This document shows, piece by piece, positions 40,237 to 50,620 of a DNA stretch of 64,000 nucleotides (position 1 is the first letter of the stretch; every line of letters begins with the position of its first letter). Source of the DNA: an uncultured cyanobacterium (GTDB taxonomy: Bacteria > Cyanobacteriota > Cyanobacteriia > Phormidesmidales > Phormidesmidaceae); assembly GCA_963793265.1 (NCBI GenBank), contig CAWBZI010000001.1:1600001-1664000 (forward strand). The letters are read 5' to 3'. Below the pieces are notes generated by a model. That model saw only the letters and a program-made list of their open reading frames with translations, did not search any database and was not told the origin of the DNA. Position numbers and translations under genes: made by a program.

Positions 40237-40272
40237 AGGGCTGACCACCTCTGGCCAGCCCTTACTCTTTTT
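40237..40272 (+). terminator. Intrinsic terminator upstream of coaX
   Basis: agggctgacca-cctc-tggccagccct followed by tactcttttt. Confidence 0.65.
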
Positions 40273-40306
40273 AAAGCGTTTGTTTTGGGTGTTCATTTTG
40301 GTTGAG

Positions 40307-41164
40307 ATGTTAGAAGAACATAATGCTAGAGAAGCGTGGTTGGCGCTGATTATCGGCAACACTCGGCTTCATTGGGGATGGTTTAATCATGGCGAGCTGA
40401 AAGGCGTTTGGCATACATTTCACGTTACGGGCGAGATTGTAAGTCAGCTTGCAGCAGCAGGGTTTCGGGCGAGCACGTGGCAGACTGTCGCCGGGCTGAC
40501 ATTAGATACAGGGGAATTTCCAGAACAACCCCTTTCACTTTCATCGCTTTGGGTGGCTTCTGCTGTTCCGAAGCAAAGCGACCTATGGGCAGCGTTAGGC
40601 TTGCAGCAGAATGCCCCGGTTCGGACAGTTGAGCGATCGCACATCCCCCTGGCAAACCTCTACCCCACCTTGGGTATCGATCGTGCCATCAACTTACTGG
40701 GCGCTGGGCATCAAGTAGGCTGGCCCGTGCTTGTTATAGATGCCGGTACCGCAGTCACTTTCACTGCCGGGACTCAAGCTGGTTTCTATGGGGGCGCAAT
40801 TTTGCCGGGAGTACGGATGCAAGGTCAGGCATTAGGCCAGAATGCGGCGGCTTTGGAGAGTGCGATCGCTATCAGCAAATCTATCACGACACAATCTTTA
40901 CCCGAGCGCTGGGCTATTAGAACGGATGAGGCGATCGCCAGCGGCCTAATTTACGGCATCCTCGCAATTTTGACTGACTATCTAACCGACTGGCAGCAGC
41001 AATTCCCGACCGGCAAAGCTATCTTCACTGGCGGCGATGGGCCGCTATTACATACCCTTTTAAAGCAGAAAACCCCGGAGATTGTCTCCAGGGTTCAAGT
41101 CGATAGCCTACTGATGTTTTGGGGAATGCAAGCCTATCGCAAAGCGCTTACTCGAGCATTGTAG
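40307..41164 (+). CDS. coaX: Type III pantothenate kinase
   Basis: IIGNTRLHW, LGIDR, VIDAGTAVT, GGAILPG, TGGDG. Confidence 0.92.
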   Translation: MLEEHNAREAWLALIIGNTRLHWGWFNHGELKGVWHTFHVTGEIVSQLAAAGFRASTWQTVAGLTLDTGEFPEQPLSLSSLWVASAVPKQSDLWAALGLQQNAPVRTVERSHIPLANLYPTLGIDRAINLLGAGHQVGWPVLVIDAGTAVTFTAGTQAGFYGGAILPGVRMQGQALGQNAAALESAIAISKSITTQSLPERWAIRTDEAIASGLIYGILAILTDYLTDWQQQFPTGKAIFTGGDGPLLHTLLKQKTPEIVSRVQVDSLLMFWGMQAYRKALTRAL

Positions 41165-41979
41165 TCAGCCGTGCTGGTGCCAAAAGTTGCCTGCGTTGAT
41201 TCTGACTCATCTAGCCTTTGAAGGGCTTCTACCCGGTTGCGAGCATCGGGGTGAGTGCTCAAAAACTCGGGCTGAGAGCGTCCGCGAACGAGCTTTTGCA
41301 TGAAACTGACCATACCAGACTGATCGTAGCCAGCGCGACCCATAGACTCAAAGCCGTGTACGTCTGCTTCGTATTCATCCGCACGACTTGCTGGAAGCTG
41401 AATGGCGACTTGAGTACCAATGTTAACGAGGCGATCGCGATTCACACCAAAGGCACCCGTAATCCCTTGAGTAATCGCAGCCTTTCGCATTTGCTGCACC
41501 GCATGACGACCGGCAATATGACCAATTTCATGACCAATGACACCTGCTAGCTCAGCCTCATTGTCAGCAGCGGCCATTAATCCTGTGGTGACGTATACGT
41601 AGCCGCCCATTGTGGCAAAAGCGTTTACCGCGTCGTCTTCCACAATTTGGAAAGTGTAGGGAATGTCGGGGCGATCGCTCACAGCCGCCAGCGTTTGGCC
41701 AATGTCGTTGACGTAAGCGTTGAGTCCAGCGTTTTCGTACAGGTCAACCTGACCACTATTAACGAGCTGACTATTGATACCGCTTCCTAAGTCAACTTCT
41801 TGAGCATCACTCATGCTAGAGAGCTGATAAACCTGCAAACCGCCCATCAATAGATCAAACCAACCCGCCTGAGAAGGCTGGGCCGTACCCACGCCAATGC
41901 CCAAAACCAGGGTCATCGACATCAGACCATAGACAAAGCGACGATAGAGCTTGTGCTTGAAGTTCAGCAGATTAGACAT
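41134..41979 (-). CDS. M48 family metallopeptidase
   Basis: NAFATMGG, GHEIGH, EYEAD, FLSTHP. Confidence 0.92.
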   Translation of the reverse strand: MSNLLNFKHKLYRRFVYGLMSMTLVLGIGVGTAQPSQAGWFDLLMGGLQVYQLSSMSDAQEVDLGSGINSQLVNSGQVDLYENAGLNAYVNDIGQTLAAVSDRPDIPYTFQIVEDDAVNAFATMGGYVYVTTGLMAAADNEAELAGVIGHEIGHIAGRHAVQQMRKAAITQGITGAFGVNRDRLVNIGTQVAIQLPASRADEYEADVHGFESMGRAGYDQSGMVSFMQKLVRGRSQPEFLSTHPDARNRVEALQRLDESESTQATFGTSTADYNARVSALR

Positions 41980-42290
41980 AGTTTGTGAGTGACCTATCAG
42001 TAGCAGCAGTTAATTAAAAAACGCGAAAGCGTGTGATAAAAGGTACATGCGATATACATCAACTTTAGCGAGATTATTTACGGATGTGGCGTAAATTGTG
42101 ACAGTTGCGCGATTGCCGTCCAAATCGCCAGAAGCTTATGTCATCAGTGTCTCTGCCAGTACATTCACTCCCAAAATAGTCTTTTTCTCTTAGAATTGGC
42201 TGAACCGTAGGAATGAAATTCAAACCGTAACGATAGCGTTGAATACTGTGGTTAAATACTGGGGTTAACGTGTTGCTAGTGAGATAGGCG

Positions 42291-42833
42291 ATGGCGATTT
42301 TAGATTCTAAAGGGCGGCTCTTTGGCAAACTGAGCGTGCTAGACGTAGGCGCGGCCCTGGCCATTTTGATGGTTATCTTCGGCATCTTTTTCTATCCTGG
42401 AGCTACCGGTTCGGTCGCGCAGATAGGCGTTGACACCCAAGCGTTTGAAGTAGATGTGATTGCCCGAGGGCTTACAGTGCTCAACCCTGAAGAGTTTGTC
42501 GCAAATCTGGCGACTACCGAAGAAACGAACGTCGTGGTTCGTAACCAGCCCTACGGCGAGCCTGTAGATATCAAGAAAGTCGTGCCGTTGCCCCGAAGCG
42601 TAGCAGTGCCTCAACCCGATGGTAGCGTTAAGTCGTTTCCCGATCCTCGCCCCGAGCTAGGCTACACCGCAGACATGCTGATTACGCTAGGGGGGAGAGC
42701 CACGACCCAAGACGGCGGCCCGATTTTAGGGGTGCCTGTCAAAATTGGAACACCTATTGAGATCGAAGGTAAAAATTACAATTTCAAAGTATCGACGGTC
42801 GCCGTTCGCTTGCTAGATGAAGCAGCAGAATAG
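42291..42833 (+). CDS. DUF4330 family protein
   Basis: ILDSKGRLFGKLSVLD N-terminus, RNQPYG, VKIGTPIEIEG. Confidence 0.8.
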   Translation: MAILDSKGRLFGKLSVLDVGAALAILMVIFGIFFYPGATGSVAQIGVDTQAFEVDVIARGLTVLNPEEFVANLATTEETNVVVRNQPYGEPVDIKKVVPLPRSVAVPQPDGSVKSFPDPRPELGYTADMLITLGGRATTQDGGPILGVPVKIGTPIEIEGKNYNFKVSTVAVRLLDEAAE

Positions 42834-42867
42834 GAAATGTTTGCTAAGTAGATATTCGCTAGATAGA

Positions 42868-43515
42868 TTAAGCTAGCTGGCGATCGAGGGTGTCACCGAC
42901 TTTGTTGGCGATGCCTGCGATCCAGGATTCGTCTTGCTGGGTGTAGCTGCGAGGGGCGTCGGCTCCTAGTATGAGAACGCCGCGATCGCCCAAAGGCTGG
43001 CAAATAACGCCCTGTGTATTTTCAGGCAAATAGTCAAACTCAACTCGCCCTGGATAGATATTGAGATTGACTAAATAAACCGGCTTTTGCTTATCTAAAA
43101 CGCGCTGAACAATAACGCCCGGCGTCACCGTATCTTTTAGACCAAAAATGCCGCGCCGCAGCAATACTTGGTCGTCGTGATAAACTACTACGCTACGTGT
43201 CACTGTGTTAGTAAGCAATAGGTGCGAAGCCCAAGCTAGCTCGGTTCTGACTGCATCCGGCAGATCTTCGGCTAAATCAAATCCCTCTTCGCCTATTAGC
43301 TCAACGGTTTCAGGTGGCTTAGGCTGAATTCGCTGCCACAGCAAGCCAATTAATATCAGCAGTGCGCTTAAGATCACCCCTAGCGCGTCTGCACGCGACT
43401 GCGAACTACTCAGATCAGGTGTCGTCACTCGGTTGATAAACAGCAGCACGCCACCCAACGTACCGACCACAATCGGCAAACGCCGTAAAACTTGACTTTG
43501 GTCTGGTCTGGCCAT
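42868..43515 (-). CDS. Cofactor assembly of complex C subunit B (CCB2/CCB4 family)
   Basis: LLFINR, SQSRADAL, ELAWASHLLLTNT, YPGRVEFDYLPENTQGVICQP. Confidence 0.8.
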   Translation of the reverse strand: MARPDQSQVLRRLPIVVGTLGGVLLFINRVTTPDLSSSQSRADALGVILSALLILIGLLWQRIQPKPPETVELIGEEGFDLAEDLPDAVRTELAWASHLLLTNTVTRSVVVYHDDQVLLRRGIFGLKDTVTPGVIVQRVLDKQKPVYLVNLNIYPGRVEFDYLPENTQGVICQPLGDRGVLILGADAPRSYTQQDESWIAGIANKVGDTLDRQLA

Positions 43516-43647
43516 AATGATGCGCGCTAGCTCGGCGACTCTGATGAGTTTGGTTTCAATAGTGTATCTTTGTCGAGAACGGCTAGGAAAGTCGAGACAA
43601 GGTAGAAAAGAAGACGGGCAACAATCGGATGAAGGACTGAGGAATTA

Positions 43648-45039
43648 GTGCGAAAGTTTGTAGGGTTAGGAGCGTTCGCGGGGCTGCTGTTGGGTGGATG
43701 CGTGAGCGCCTTCGGATTTGGAGCGAGGCGATCGGTTGAAGGATTGAGCTTAAGTAACGTTGATATTCAGCCCCAGTGGGAGTCGGCCTGGGTAAGAGAG
43801 ACGATTGCTGACGACCCGGCGGCTGAAGCGATTGTGTCGGGGTATGTGACAGGGCTCTCGGCAGCGGGCTATGAAGCCGGTCAGCAAGGCGTATGGGTCG
43901 CTTCAGGAGAGTTTCCCATTGCTCAGCATCAGGGCGGTACTTTGCGGTCTGCGGCGTCGATTACCAAAGTGGCGACCACCTTAGCAGCACTGGCGACTTG
44001 GGACGCTGAGGCTCAGTTTGAGACGCTGGTAGGCTGGCAAGGCAGTATTGAAGACGGCGTGCTGAAGGGAGATTTGATTGTTGAGGGTGGAGGCGATCCG
44101 CTGTTTGTGTGGGAAGAGGCGATCGCACTTGGCAACACGCTACAAAAGATAGGCATTCGCAGGGTCACAGGCGATCTCATCGTGACCAATGCCTTTTCTA
44201 TGAACTTTGAGAGCGATCCGCTGCTCTCAGGTCAGTGGCTAAAAGAAGCCTTTAATCGAGCCGAATGGGGCTATGACGTAGAAAGGGCTCACTTGGAAAT
44301 GCCACCGGGTACGTCTGAGCCTAAGATCCAAATTGACGGTCAGGTGAGAGCTGATGTGGGCAGTTGGCAAAATCGGGTGAGCGGCCAGCTGGTGAGTCAT
44401 CAATCGCTACCGCTGGTGGCTGTGCTGAAGGCGATGAATATTTACAGCAACAATCCGATGGCGGAGCAGATGGCAAATACGCTGGGCGGCTCGCAGGCAG
44501 TGATGCAAAAAGTAGAAGAGGTAACAGGCATCCCGTCGAATGAAATGTCACTGATAAATGGCTCTGGACTGGGCGAAGAAAATCAGATGTCACCGCGCGC
44601 GGCGGTGGCAATGCTACAAAAGATTCAAGAAATTTTGAGATCCACGGCGGGTTCTAGTCAGGGCGTAGCACTCACGCAGCGCTACACTATTTCTGACATT
44701 TTCCCGATTGCAGGCGCAGACGGCGGCACTGTGAGAGATCGTGGCATTCCGAATAATGCTGTGGTGAAAACAGGGAGTCTGGCGGTTGTGAGCGCGTTAG
44801 CAGGCGCTATGCCTACGAAAGAGAAAGGCGTGGTGTGGTTTTCGCTGCTGAATTATGGATCTGGGTTGGATGCTTTGCGATCGCGCCAGGATCAAGTCCT
44901 CAACGCCCTAGAAAATCAGTGGGGCAGGGCCTCAGAAATTCCGCCTGAGCTTCAAACCACCGTCAGAATTGGTGAAGACCCTTACCGATTTGGCGACGAA
45001 CGCCGTAATCAAGTGATCTACGAATCACCAGAACCTTGA
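43648..45039 (+). CDS. dacB: D-Ala-D-Ala carboxypeptidase/endopeptidase (PBP4, peptidase S13)
   Basis: SxxK (ASITK), GGGDP, SxN (YSNN), NGSGL, KTGS. Confidence 0.88.
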   Translation: MRKFVGLGAFAGLLLGGCVSAFGFGARRSVEGLSLSNVDIQPQWESAWVRETIADDPAAEAIVSGYVTGLSAAGYEAGQQGVWVASGEFPIAQHQGGTLRSAASITKVATTLAALATWDAEAQFETLVGWQGSIEDGVLKGDLIVEGGGDPLFVWEEAIALGNTLQKIGIRRVTGDLIVTNAFSMNFESDPLLSGQWLKEAFNRAEWGYDVERAHLEMPPGTSEPKIQIDGQVRADVGSWQNRVSGQLVSHQSLPLVAVLKAMNIYSNNPMAEQMANTLGGSQAVMQKVEEVTGIPSNEMSLINGSGLGEENQMSPRAAVAMLQKIQEILRSTAGSSQGVALTQRYTISDIFPIAGADGGTVRDRGIPNNAVVKTGSLAVVSALAGAMPTKEKGVVWFSLLNYGSGLDALRSRQDQVLNALENQWGRASEIPPELQTTVRIGEDPYRFGDERRNQVIYESPEP

Positions 45040-45074
45040 TTGCCAGCACCTCAATTACCAGAACCACCAGAACC

Positions 45075-46379
45075 TTAGAGGCCCTCAGGCACAATCTCAG
45101 TGACGACCTCGCCCGACTCGCCGCCCGTCACAACGACGGTGCCCCGCTCAATATTGCCAACCGCCTTAGTCCCGGTCATTGAAACCTCTGGATTTTGAGC
45201 CTGTTCGTAGCTCACGTTGCCTACAGCCTCGATATCCTGGCTGCCCGTTTGCCACGTCACCCGATCAGCGCTCAGCCTGGCATCATTTTCTTCGCCTCTG
45301 GCCAGCACATTGCCCGTTAGGTAAATCGTCTCCTGCGCCAAATCTAAATTAGCCTGGTTTGCCGAAGCCGTAATCTTGCGTTCTGGCTGCTCAATTTGTA
45401 CAGGCTGATCGAGCACTACAGTCTGCGCGTCTACGTCCCACACCGCATTTTCACTTTGAACATTGAGCGGCTGAGCAAGCGAGGTGAGCTGAACTGACTT
45501 ATCAAGGGTCACAATATTCTCGGTGAGATCGACCTGACCGGTTTGACCGATGATGCGATCGCTCACCGTCTGATACGTCTCACCCTCGTACTGCTCCACC
45601 TTCAGCGGATCAGGCGCTTCAATGACCTCGCGCTCAGTGAACCAAACCAAATTATCAGACTCAAACGTCATCCACGGCGTTTCTTTGCTTTTAGCAATCA
45701 CGCCCCCATCTAAGTTCACGCGACCCTCCTGATCAGAAACCGTCACCACATCAGCAATCGTCTCTATCTGCGGATTAAACCCTCTCACTGGCGGCTTCAC
45801 ATCATCAGCCGGAAACCGGTTAGCTGTGGGCTCATCAGAAGATGGAGTAACCGGCTGTGGCTCTACCTCTAAGGCATCACTGTCTGGGTCGCTCTCCAAA
45901 TTGCTGTCCGAATCACGCTCTAGCACCTCATCCTCAAAATTTCCCATGACTAGCAAATCCTGCTTAGGCTGCCACTTCAGGCGATCGCTCTCCAACGTCA
46001 GCTCATTTTCTTTACCATTAGCGATCAAATTTCCAGTCAGGTACAAAGTTTCACCATTTTGCCGAACGTCACCTTCGTCGGCAACAACGGTGTAAATAGT
46101 GTCACCATCGCGAAAAAACTCGCCCTCTAGCGCTTTGAGCGTAGCCCTTTGGTTATCAGGGCTATAGTTAACCGACTTTGCCTTAAGCCGCCACAGCAAA
46201 TTGCCATTCTCGTCAGGCTGCTCAAGCGTTACAGTTTGCAGCGTTAGCTCAGCAGGAATGTCCTCGCCAGCTTCAGGTGCAGCTATCCTACGACCAATTC
46301 CACAGGTGCGCAGGGCCACCACAATGACCACAACGGTTGCGACAACCGCTAGCCATCGGTACCATCTACTCTGCTTCAT
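45075..46379 (-). CDS. lptC: LPS export periplasmic protein LptC (long cyanobacterial form)
   Basis: N-terminal TM, GNLLWRLKA, repeated beta-jellyroll segments. Confidence 0.8.
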   Translation of the reverse strand: MKQSRWYRWLAVVATVVVIVVALRTCGIGRRIAAPEAGEDIPAELTLQTVTLEQPDENGNLLWRLKAKSVNYSPDNQRATLKALEGEFFRDGDTIYTVVADEGDVRQNGETLYLTGNLIANGKENELTLESDRLKWQPKQDLLVMGNFEDEVLERDSDSNLESDPDSDALEVEPQPVTPSSDEPTANRFPADDVKPPVRGFNPQIETIADVVTVSDQEGRVNLDGGVIAKSKETPWMTFESDNLVWFTEREVIEAPDPLKVEQYEGETYQTVSDRIIGQTGQVDLTENIVTLDKSVQLTSLAQPLNVQSENAVWDVDAQTVVLDQPVQIEQPERKITASANQANLDLAQETIYLTGNVLARGEENDARLSADRVTWQTGSQDIEAVGNVSYEQAQNPEVSMTGTKAVGNIERGTVVVTGGESGEVVTEIVPEGL

Positions 46380-46410
46380 TTATTATCTGCTTTTTGCTAG
46401 AGATGAACAG

Positions 46411-47055
46411 CTAAGGACGCGCCTCAGCCTCATCAAGCATGGAAATGCTAGCGAGCGGGCGATAGGTATAGTTGTGCTGAGGATGACCGTTGTCACTACC
46501 ACCGCGAGAGCTTTTGCGGATATCTTCTTTGACGCTATCTAAGTCGATGTAGCGATCTGAAACATTGATCAGGCTATCGCTCGTCATTGAGCGGAGGCTA
46601 ACGACCTCGACTCGCACGCCTTTATAGCTAGCAGCATCTACAGCATAGGCCAAATCGCCATCACCGCTGACCAACACAGCCGTGTCGTAGCAGTCCACCA
46701 GTGCCATCATGTCCACGGCGATCTCTACGTCTAGGTTGGCCTTTTTAGATCCGTCTGGAAGCTGAACCAAATCTTTTGCAATCACGCGATAGCCATTTCG
46801 ACGCATCCACAGCAAAAACCCCTGCTGTTTCTCATTAGTGCGGTCTACACCTGTATAGAAGAACGCGCGAAATAGCCTTGAGCCTGCCGTTAACCGACAC
46901 AATAGCTTGGTGTAATCAATTTCGATGCCGAGCTGTAAGGCTGCGTAGAAAAGGTTAGAGCCATCTATAAAAATAGCGACACGACCACGGTTTTCTAGTA
47001 CTTGCTCTGGTGTAAAAACGGAATCATGGCCCAAGATTTGATGATTATTTAACAT
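46411..47055 (-). CDS. NYN domain protein, LabA/DUF88 family
   Basis: FIDGSNLFY, KANLDVEIAVDM, SGDGDL. Confidence 0.9.
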   Translation of the reverse strand: MLNNHQILGHDSVFTPEQVLENRGRVAIFIDGSNLFYAALQLGIEIDYTKLLCRLTAGSRLFRAFFYTGVDRTNEKQQGFLLWMRRNGYRVIAKDLVQLPDGSKKANLDVEIAVDMMALVDCYDTAVLVSGDGDLAYAVDAASYKGVRVEVVSLRSMTSDSLINVSDRYIDLDSVKEDIRKSSRGGSDNGHPQHNYTYRPLASISMLDEAEARP

Positions 47056-48035
47056 GTGTCTTCCCAATTAAAAAGGGCTAATTTTCTGCGGTTATTTTCT
47101 AAGACTTCGATGTTTTAAAGAGGGCTATTTGAGGAATGGACGCAGAGATAGGCTCAGAGGAAGTCAGTAGATTTAGCAAGGTCTGACGGCTATTTTGATG
47201 TGGCTATTTCAGCGAGAACTGTTTTGTCAAATTGAATTTTGGCAAAACAATGGCGCTAGTGCCAGAAGGGCGCTGGCAGAAAAGGCGTCGGTAAACAAGT
47301 CAATAAGCGATAGTTTTTACGGCAGTTTCTTGCAGCCTAGAGCGTGAGCTAGCGTCGCAGGCGCAGCGTTAGCTCACGCTTAGATGATGCTCTCTAGAGA
47401 TAGCGCTTTTTTAGTGCTTTTTTAAAGGGGATAGGTAAGCAAACAACATGCCTACCGCTAAGCGCCTACTGCTACGGATGCTCTATGGAACTAGAACTTC
47501 TAGCGCGTTTCTTCGGTTGAGGCGTTAAGTCGCTGGGCTTAATCGACTCGCTTTTGCTTACTTTTTTATAGGTAAGGTTCTTAGCCAAAAGCGACTAGAA
47601 CAAAAGCACCATTTAAACACTTATAACAACTGACATCAGAGGACTTGGCTCTATAATGACTTCATCATACAGTAAAGATTTTTGCCGTAACTCAAAAGCG
47701 CTAGAACTTAATCTCTTCTCAAGAAATAGGATTTGCTCAGTAGTCAACCGCTGAAGCGCCTAAAAAAAGTCAAAACAACCAAGTGTAGTAGAAAAAACTT
47801 TTTTAGAAAAAAACATAGGAAAAATGCATCTCAACGATGAAATATTTAAATCAACCGGTTTGGCCGCTGAATACGGGTGTAGTGTGGAAGCATCATCTAA
47901 ACGATTAGTGACAAGTATGTAGCGAGGATGAAACTGCGAGCTTGGCATGTACAGAGTGACAGGTCATGGCAAACGCGTTCATATTTTGTTACAAATGAAA
48001 GTGCAATTTACAAAAAGCAGGTATTTACCTCGAGC

Positions 48036-48830
48036 ATGTTAGGCGGTCTGCTAGGCTCTAAATCATCTTCATCCTCAGCGGATTTCGGCGAAAATATGCT
48101 GAATTCCGTTGCACGTCAGGCTATCCAACAACTGTTTACGGACAGTGAGTCTGTAGATGTTTCTATTCGATGTTCACCGTCCAGCAAAATTTTGCAGGGG
48201 GTCGTTGATAGCTTTCAAATGAAAGGTCGCGGCTTGGTGATTAAAAAAATGTTTGAAGCGGCGGAGATGGAGTTTGAAACGGACGCGGTTTCAATCGATA
48301 TCGGCGGGCTGATGGGCGGTAAAATTCGGCTGAAGCAAGCCACCCATGCGATCGCAACCGTCACCATGACCGAATCCGGCATCAACAAGGCGTTCACAGC
48401 CGAACTGGTTGAAAAGCACTTGCAAAACGTTGACACCGAGGAAGTCACCAATCTTTCTGGCGGCGATCCGATTTCGTTTCGCAACGTGAAAATGGAGCTG
48501 CAGCCAGATAAGCGCGTACGGATTTCGGCTCAAACTGATTTGCCTAATCGTTCCGATATCCCCATCAACCTGATTGCAGGGGTTGATGTAGAAAGGCGCA
48601 GGCGAGTTGTTTTCACGCAACCAGAGTTTCTGCCTGAAGGCATAGATGAAGACGTACAGTGGCTCTCTGAAGCACTGATGCCAGCTTTTGTAGGCGTGCT
48701 CAATAAAATGGTGGATCTAGAACGCTTTGACCTTGACGGCGTTTCCTTGCGGGTTAACCGCCTAGAGGTGGAAGGTAAAAAGCTGCTATTTAATGGCTAC
48801 GCCGAGATTGAGCATTTCCCAGGGATGTAG
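48036..48830 (+). CDS. DUF2993 / LmeA-like lipid-binding protein
   Basis: SKILQGVVDSFQMKGRGLVI, ATVTMTESGINKAF, FDLDGVSLRV. Confidence 0.75.
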   Translation: MLGGLLGSKSSSSSADFGENMLNSVARQAIQQLFTDSESVDVSIRCSPSSKILQGVVDSFQMKGRGLVIKKMFEAAEMEFETDAVSIDIGGLMGGKIRLKQATHAIATVTMTESGINKAFTAELVEKHLQNVDTEEVTNLSGGDPISFRNVKMELQPDKRVRISAQTDLPNRSDIPINLIAGVDVERRRRVVFTQPEFLPEGIDEDVQWLSEALMPAFVGVLNKMVDLERFDLDGVSLRVNRLEVEGKKLLFNGYAEIEHFPGM

Positions 48831-48836
48831 TCATCC

Positions 48837-49484
48837 ATGGGGCTCTTAGAATTATTTAACTCGGGCGGTGTGGTGATGTGGCCGCTGCTCGGATTTTCGC
48901 TGGTAACCACGACGCTGATATTGGAGCGATCGCTATTTTGGCTCCAGCTACACAAAACCCAAGACACTTTCATTCAAAAAGTACTTTCGCTCTATGCCAC
49001 ACAGCCCCAAAGTGCAATTGAAAGCCTGAAAAAAAACAGTCAGTTTCCCATTGCCCGCATCTTTCTAGCGGCGCTCACCCTAGAGCAGGGAACGCCTGAC
49101 GACTTTCGGCTAGCGCTAGAGAGCGCCGCTCAGTTGGAGCTGCCGCTGCTAAAGCGATTCAATACGGTATTTGAAACGATCATTGGGGTTTCGCCTTTGC
49201 TGGGCTTATTAGGCACTATTTTGGGCCTGATGAAATCGTTTGCGTCGCTGCGTATTGGGGAAACGGCGGGGGAGTCGGCAACGGAGGTGACTGCTGGGAT
49301 TGGGACAGCGTTGATTTCGACTGCAACAGGGTTGGTGGTTGCGATCGCGACTCTCCTCTTTGCCAATTTATTTTTAGGTCTATACCGCAGGCAGCGCGCC
49401 GCGATTGAAGCCTACACTGGCAAACTAGAGCTGCTGTACCGGCAGTATTACCGGCAGTATCTCAGCCGTCATCAAAACAAATAA
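48837..49484 (+). CDS. MotA/TolQ/ExbB proton channel protein
   Basis: GGVVMWPL, PLLGLLGTILG, GIGTALISTATGLVVAI. Confidence 0.92.
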   Translation: MGLLELFNSGGVVMWPLLGFSLVTTTLILERSLFWLQLHKTQDTFIQKVLSLYATQPQSAIESLKKNSQFPIARIFLAALTLEQGTPDDFRLALESAAQLELPLLKRFNTVFETIIGVSPLLGLLGTILGLMKSFASLRIGETAGESATEVTAGIGTALISTATGLVVAIATLLFANLFLGLYRRQRAAIEAYTGKLELLYRQYYRQYLSRHQNK

Positions 49485-49709
49485 CAAGAGCGAAGTTAAT
49501 CAAGTCTTGTTTTGGAGCAATACGATCAAAAGTTAACCCTATAGAGCAATCACAGCAATAGTACTGAGTTGTTAAGGTTATTTCTATGGGTGATCCGGGT
49601 GGTAATGCGTCTTTTATGTAGCAAACGCTATATCTTCAAGTCTCAATCTGTCCTATTTTAGGATCAACGATAATTCTTATTACATGTTCTGCTATTTGTT
49701 ATTAGACCT

Positions 49710-50582
49710 ATGCGTCGCTCCTGGTTAGTTTGGACTATTAGTATATTTGCTTTTTTCCTGACCGCTATATTAGTGGTCACATCTGGGCCAGCCCAAGAGC
49801 AGGTTGGGTCAAACCAGAGAACTACAGCAACAAGTCGTCGGCTCCCTGAGCTAAATAGCTACGCGCGCAACAGCCTCGCACCCAATAAAATGGACGGTGC
49901 AACTGACTTTACGACCACTGAACCGAGCGACAGCTATAACAGCACTTTAGATAGCGATGCGCCTAGCACCACGTTTGCTAGCTCAGGCATTGGCTATCAA
50001 CCCTCTGAGATTGTGCAGCTAGCTGACCCGAGCAACTATGGAGAACGGTTTACCCGCGATGCCAACGGCAATCCAGTTGACAACGACTATATCGTGGTGC
50101 TGCATGAAACTGTCGGCTCAGCGATGAGTGCGCTGAATCTGTTCGCGACAAACCACCCTAAAGACGAAGATCAGGTGAGCTATCACACGTTGATAGCATT
50201 AGATGGCACGGTGATTTATGTGGTGCCGCCCGAGCAGAGAGCTTTTGGCGCAGGCAACTCAGCCTTTAAGTCTTTCCACGGTGAAGAAGCCGTTTTTACC
50301 AATGCTGAGTTTCCCAGCTCGGTCAATAATTTTGCCTACCACATTTCGCTAGAGACGCCACCAGACGGGCTTAACAATAGTTCGCCTGTGCACAGCGGCT
50401 ACACTGAAGCGCAGTACCAGTCACTAGCCTGGCTGCTGGCTCGAACTAACATTCCAGACGATCGGATTACAACGCACGAGGCCGTTGATCGCTCCAACTC
50501 GCGCATGGATCCCCGCTCCTTTGAAGCCGATCGTATGTTTCGGCTGCTGCGGCAATACCCCAGTCGTCAGGCTCAGAGCTGA
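49710..50582 (+). CDS. N-acetylmuramoyl-L-alanine amidase (Amidase_2)
   Basis: VVLHET, SYHTLIALDG, RAFGAG, ITTH...DP. Confidence 0.85.
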   Translation: MRRSWLVWTISIFAFFLTAILVVTSGPAQEQVGSNQRTTATSRRLPELNSYARNSLAPNKMDGATDFTTTEPSDSYNSTLDSDAPSTTFASSGIGYQPSEIVQLADPSNYGERFTRDANGNPVDNDYIVVLHETVGSAMSALNLFATNHPKDEDQVSYHTLIALDGTVIYVVPPEQRAFGAGNSAFKSFHGEEAVFTNAEFPSSVNNFAYHISLETPPDGLNNSSPVHSGYTEAQYQSLAWLLARTNIPDDRITTHEAVDRSNSRMDPRSFEADRMFRLLRQYPSRQAQS

Positions 50583-50620
50583 TAGTCTCTCCGGTAGCTT
50601 CTTTGGTAAGTTTCTAAAAG

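Noticed and set aside
45025..45074. accagaacc short direct repeats between dacB and lptC
   Set aside because: Three short copies at a convergent gene junction; too little to support a functional element
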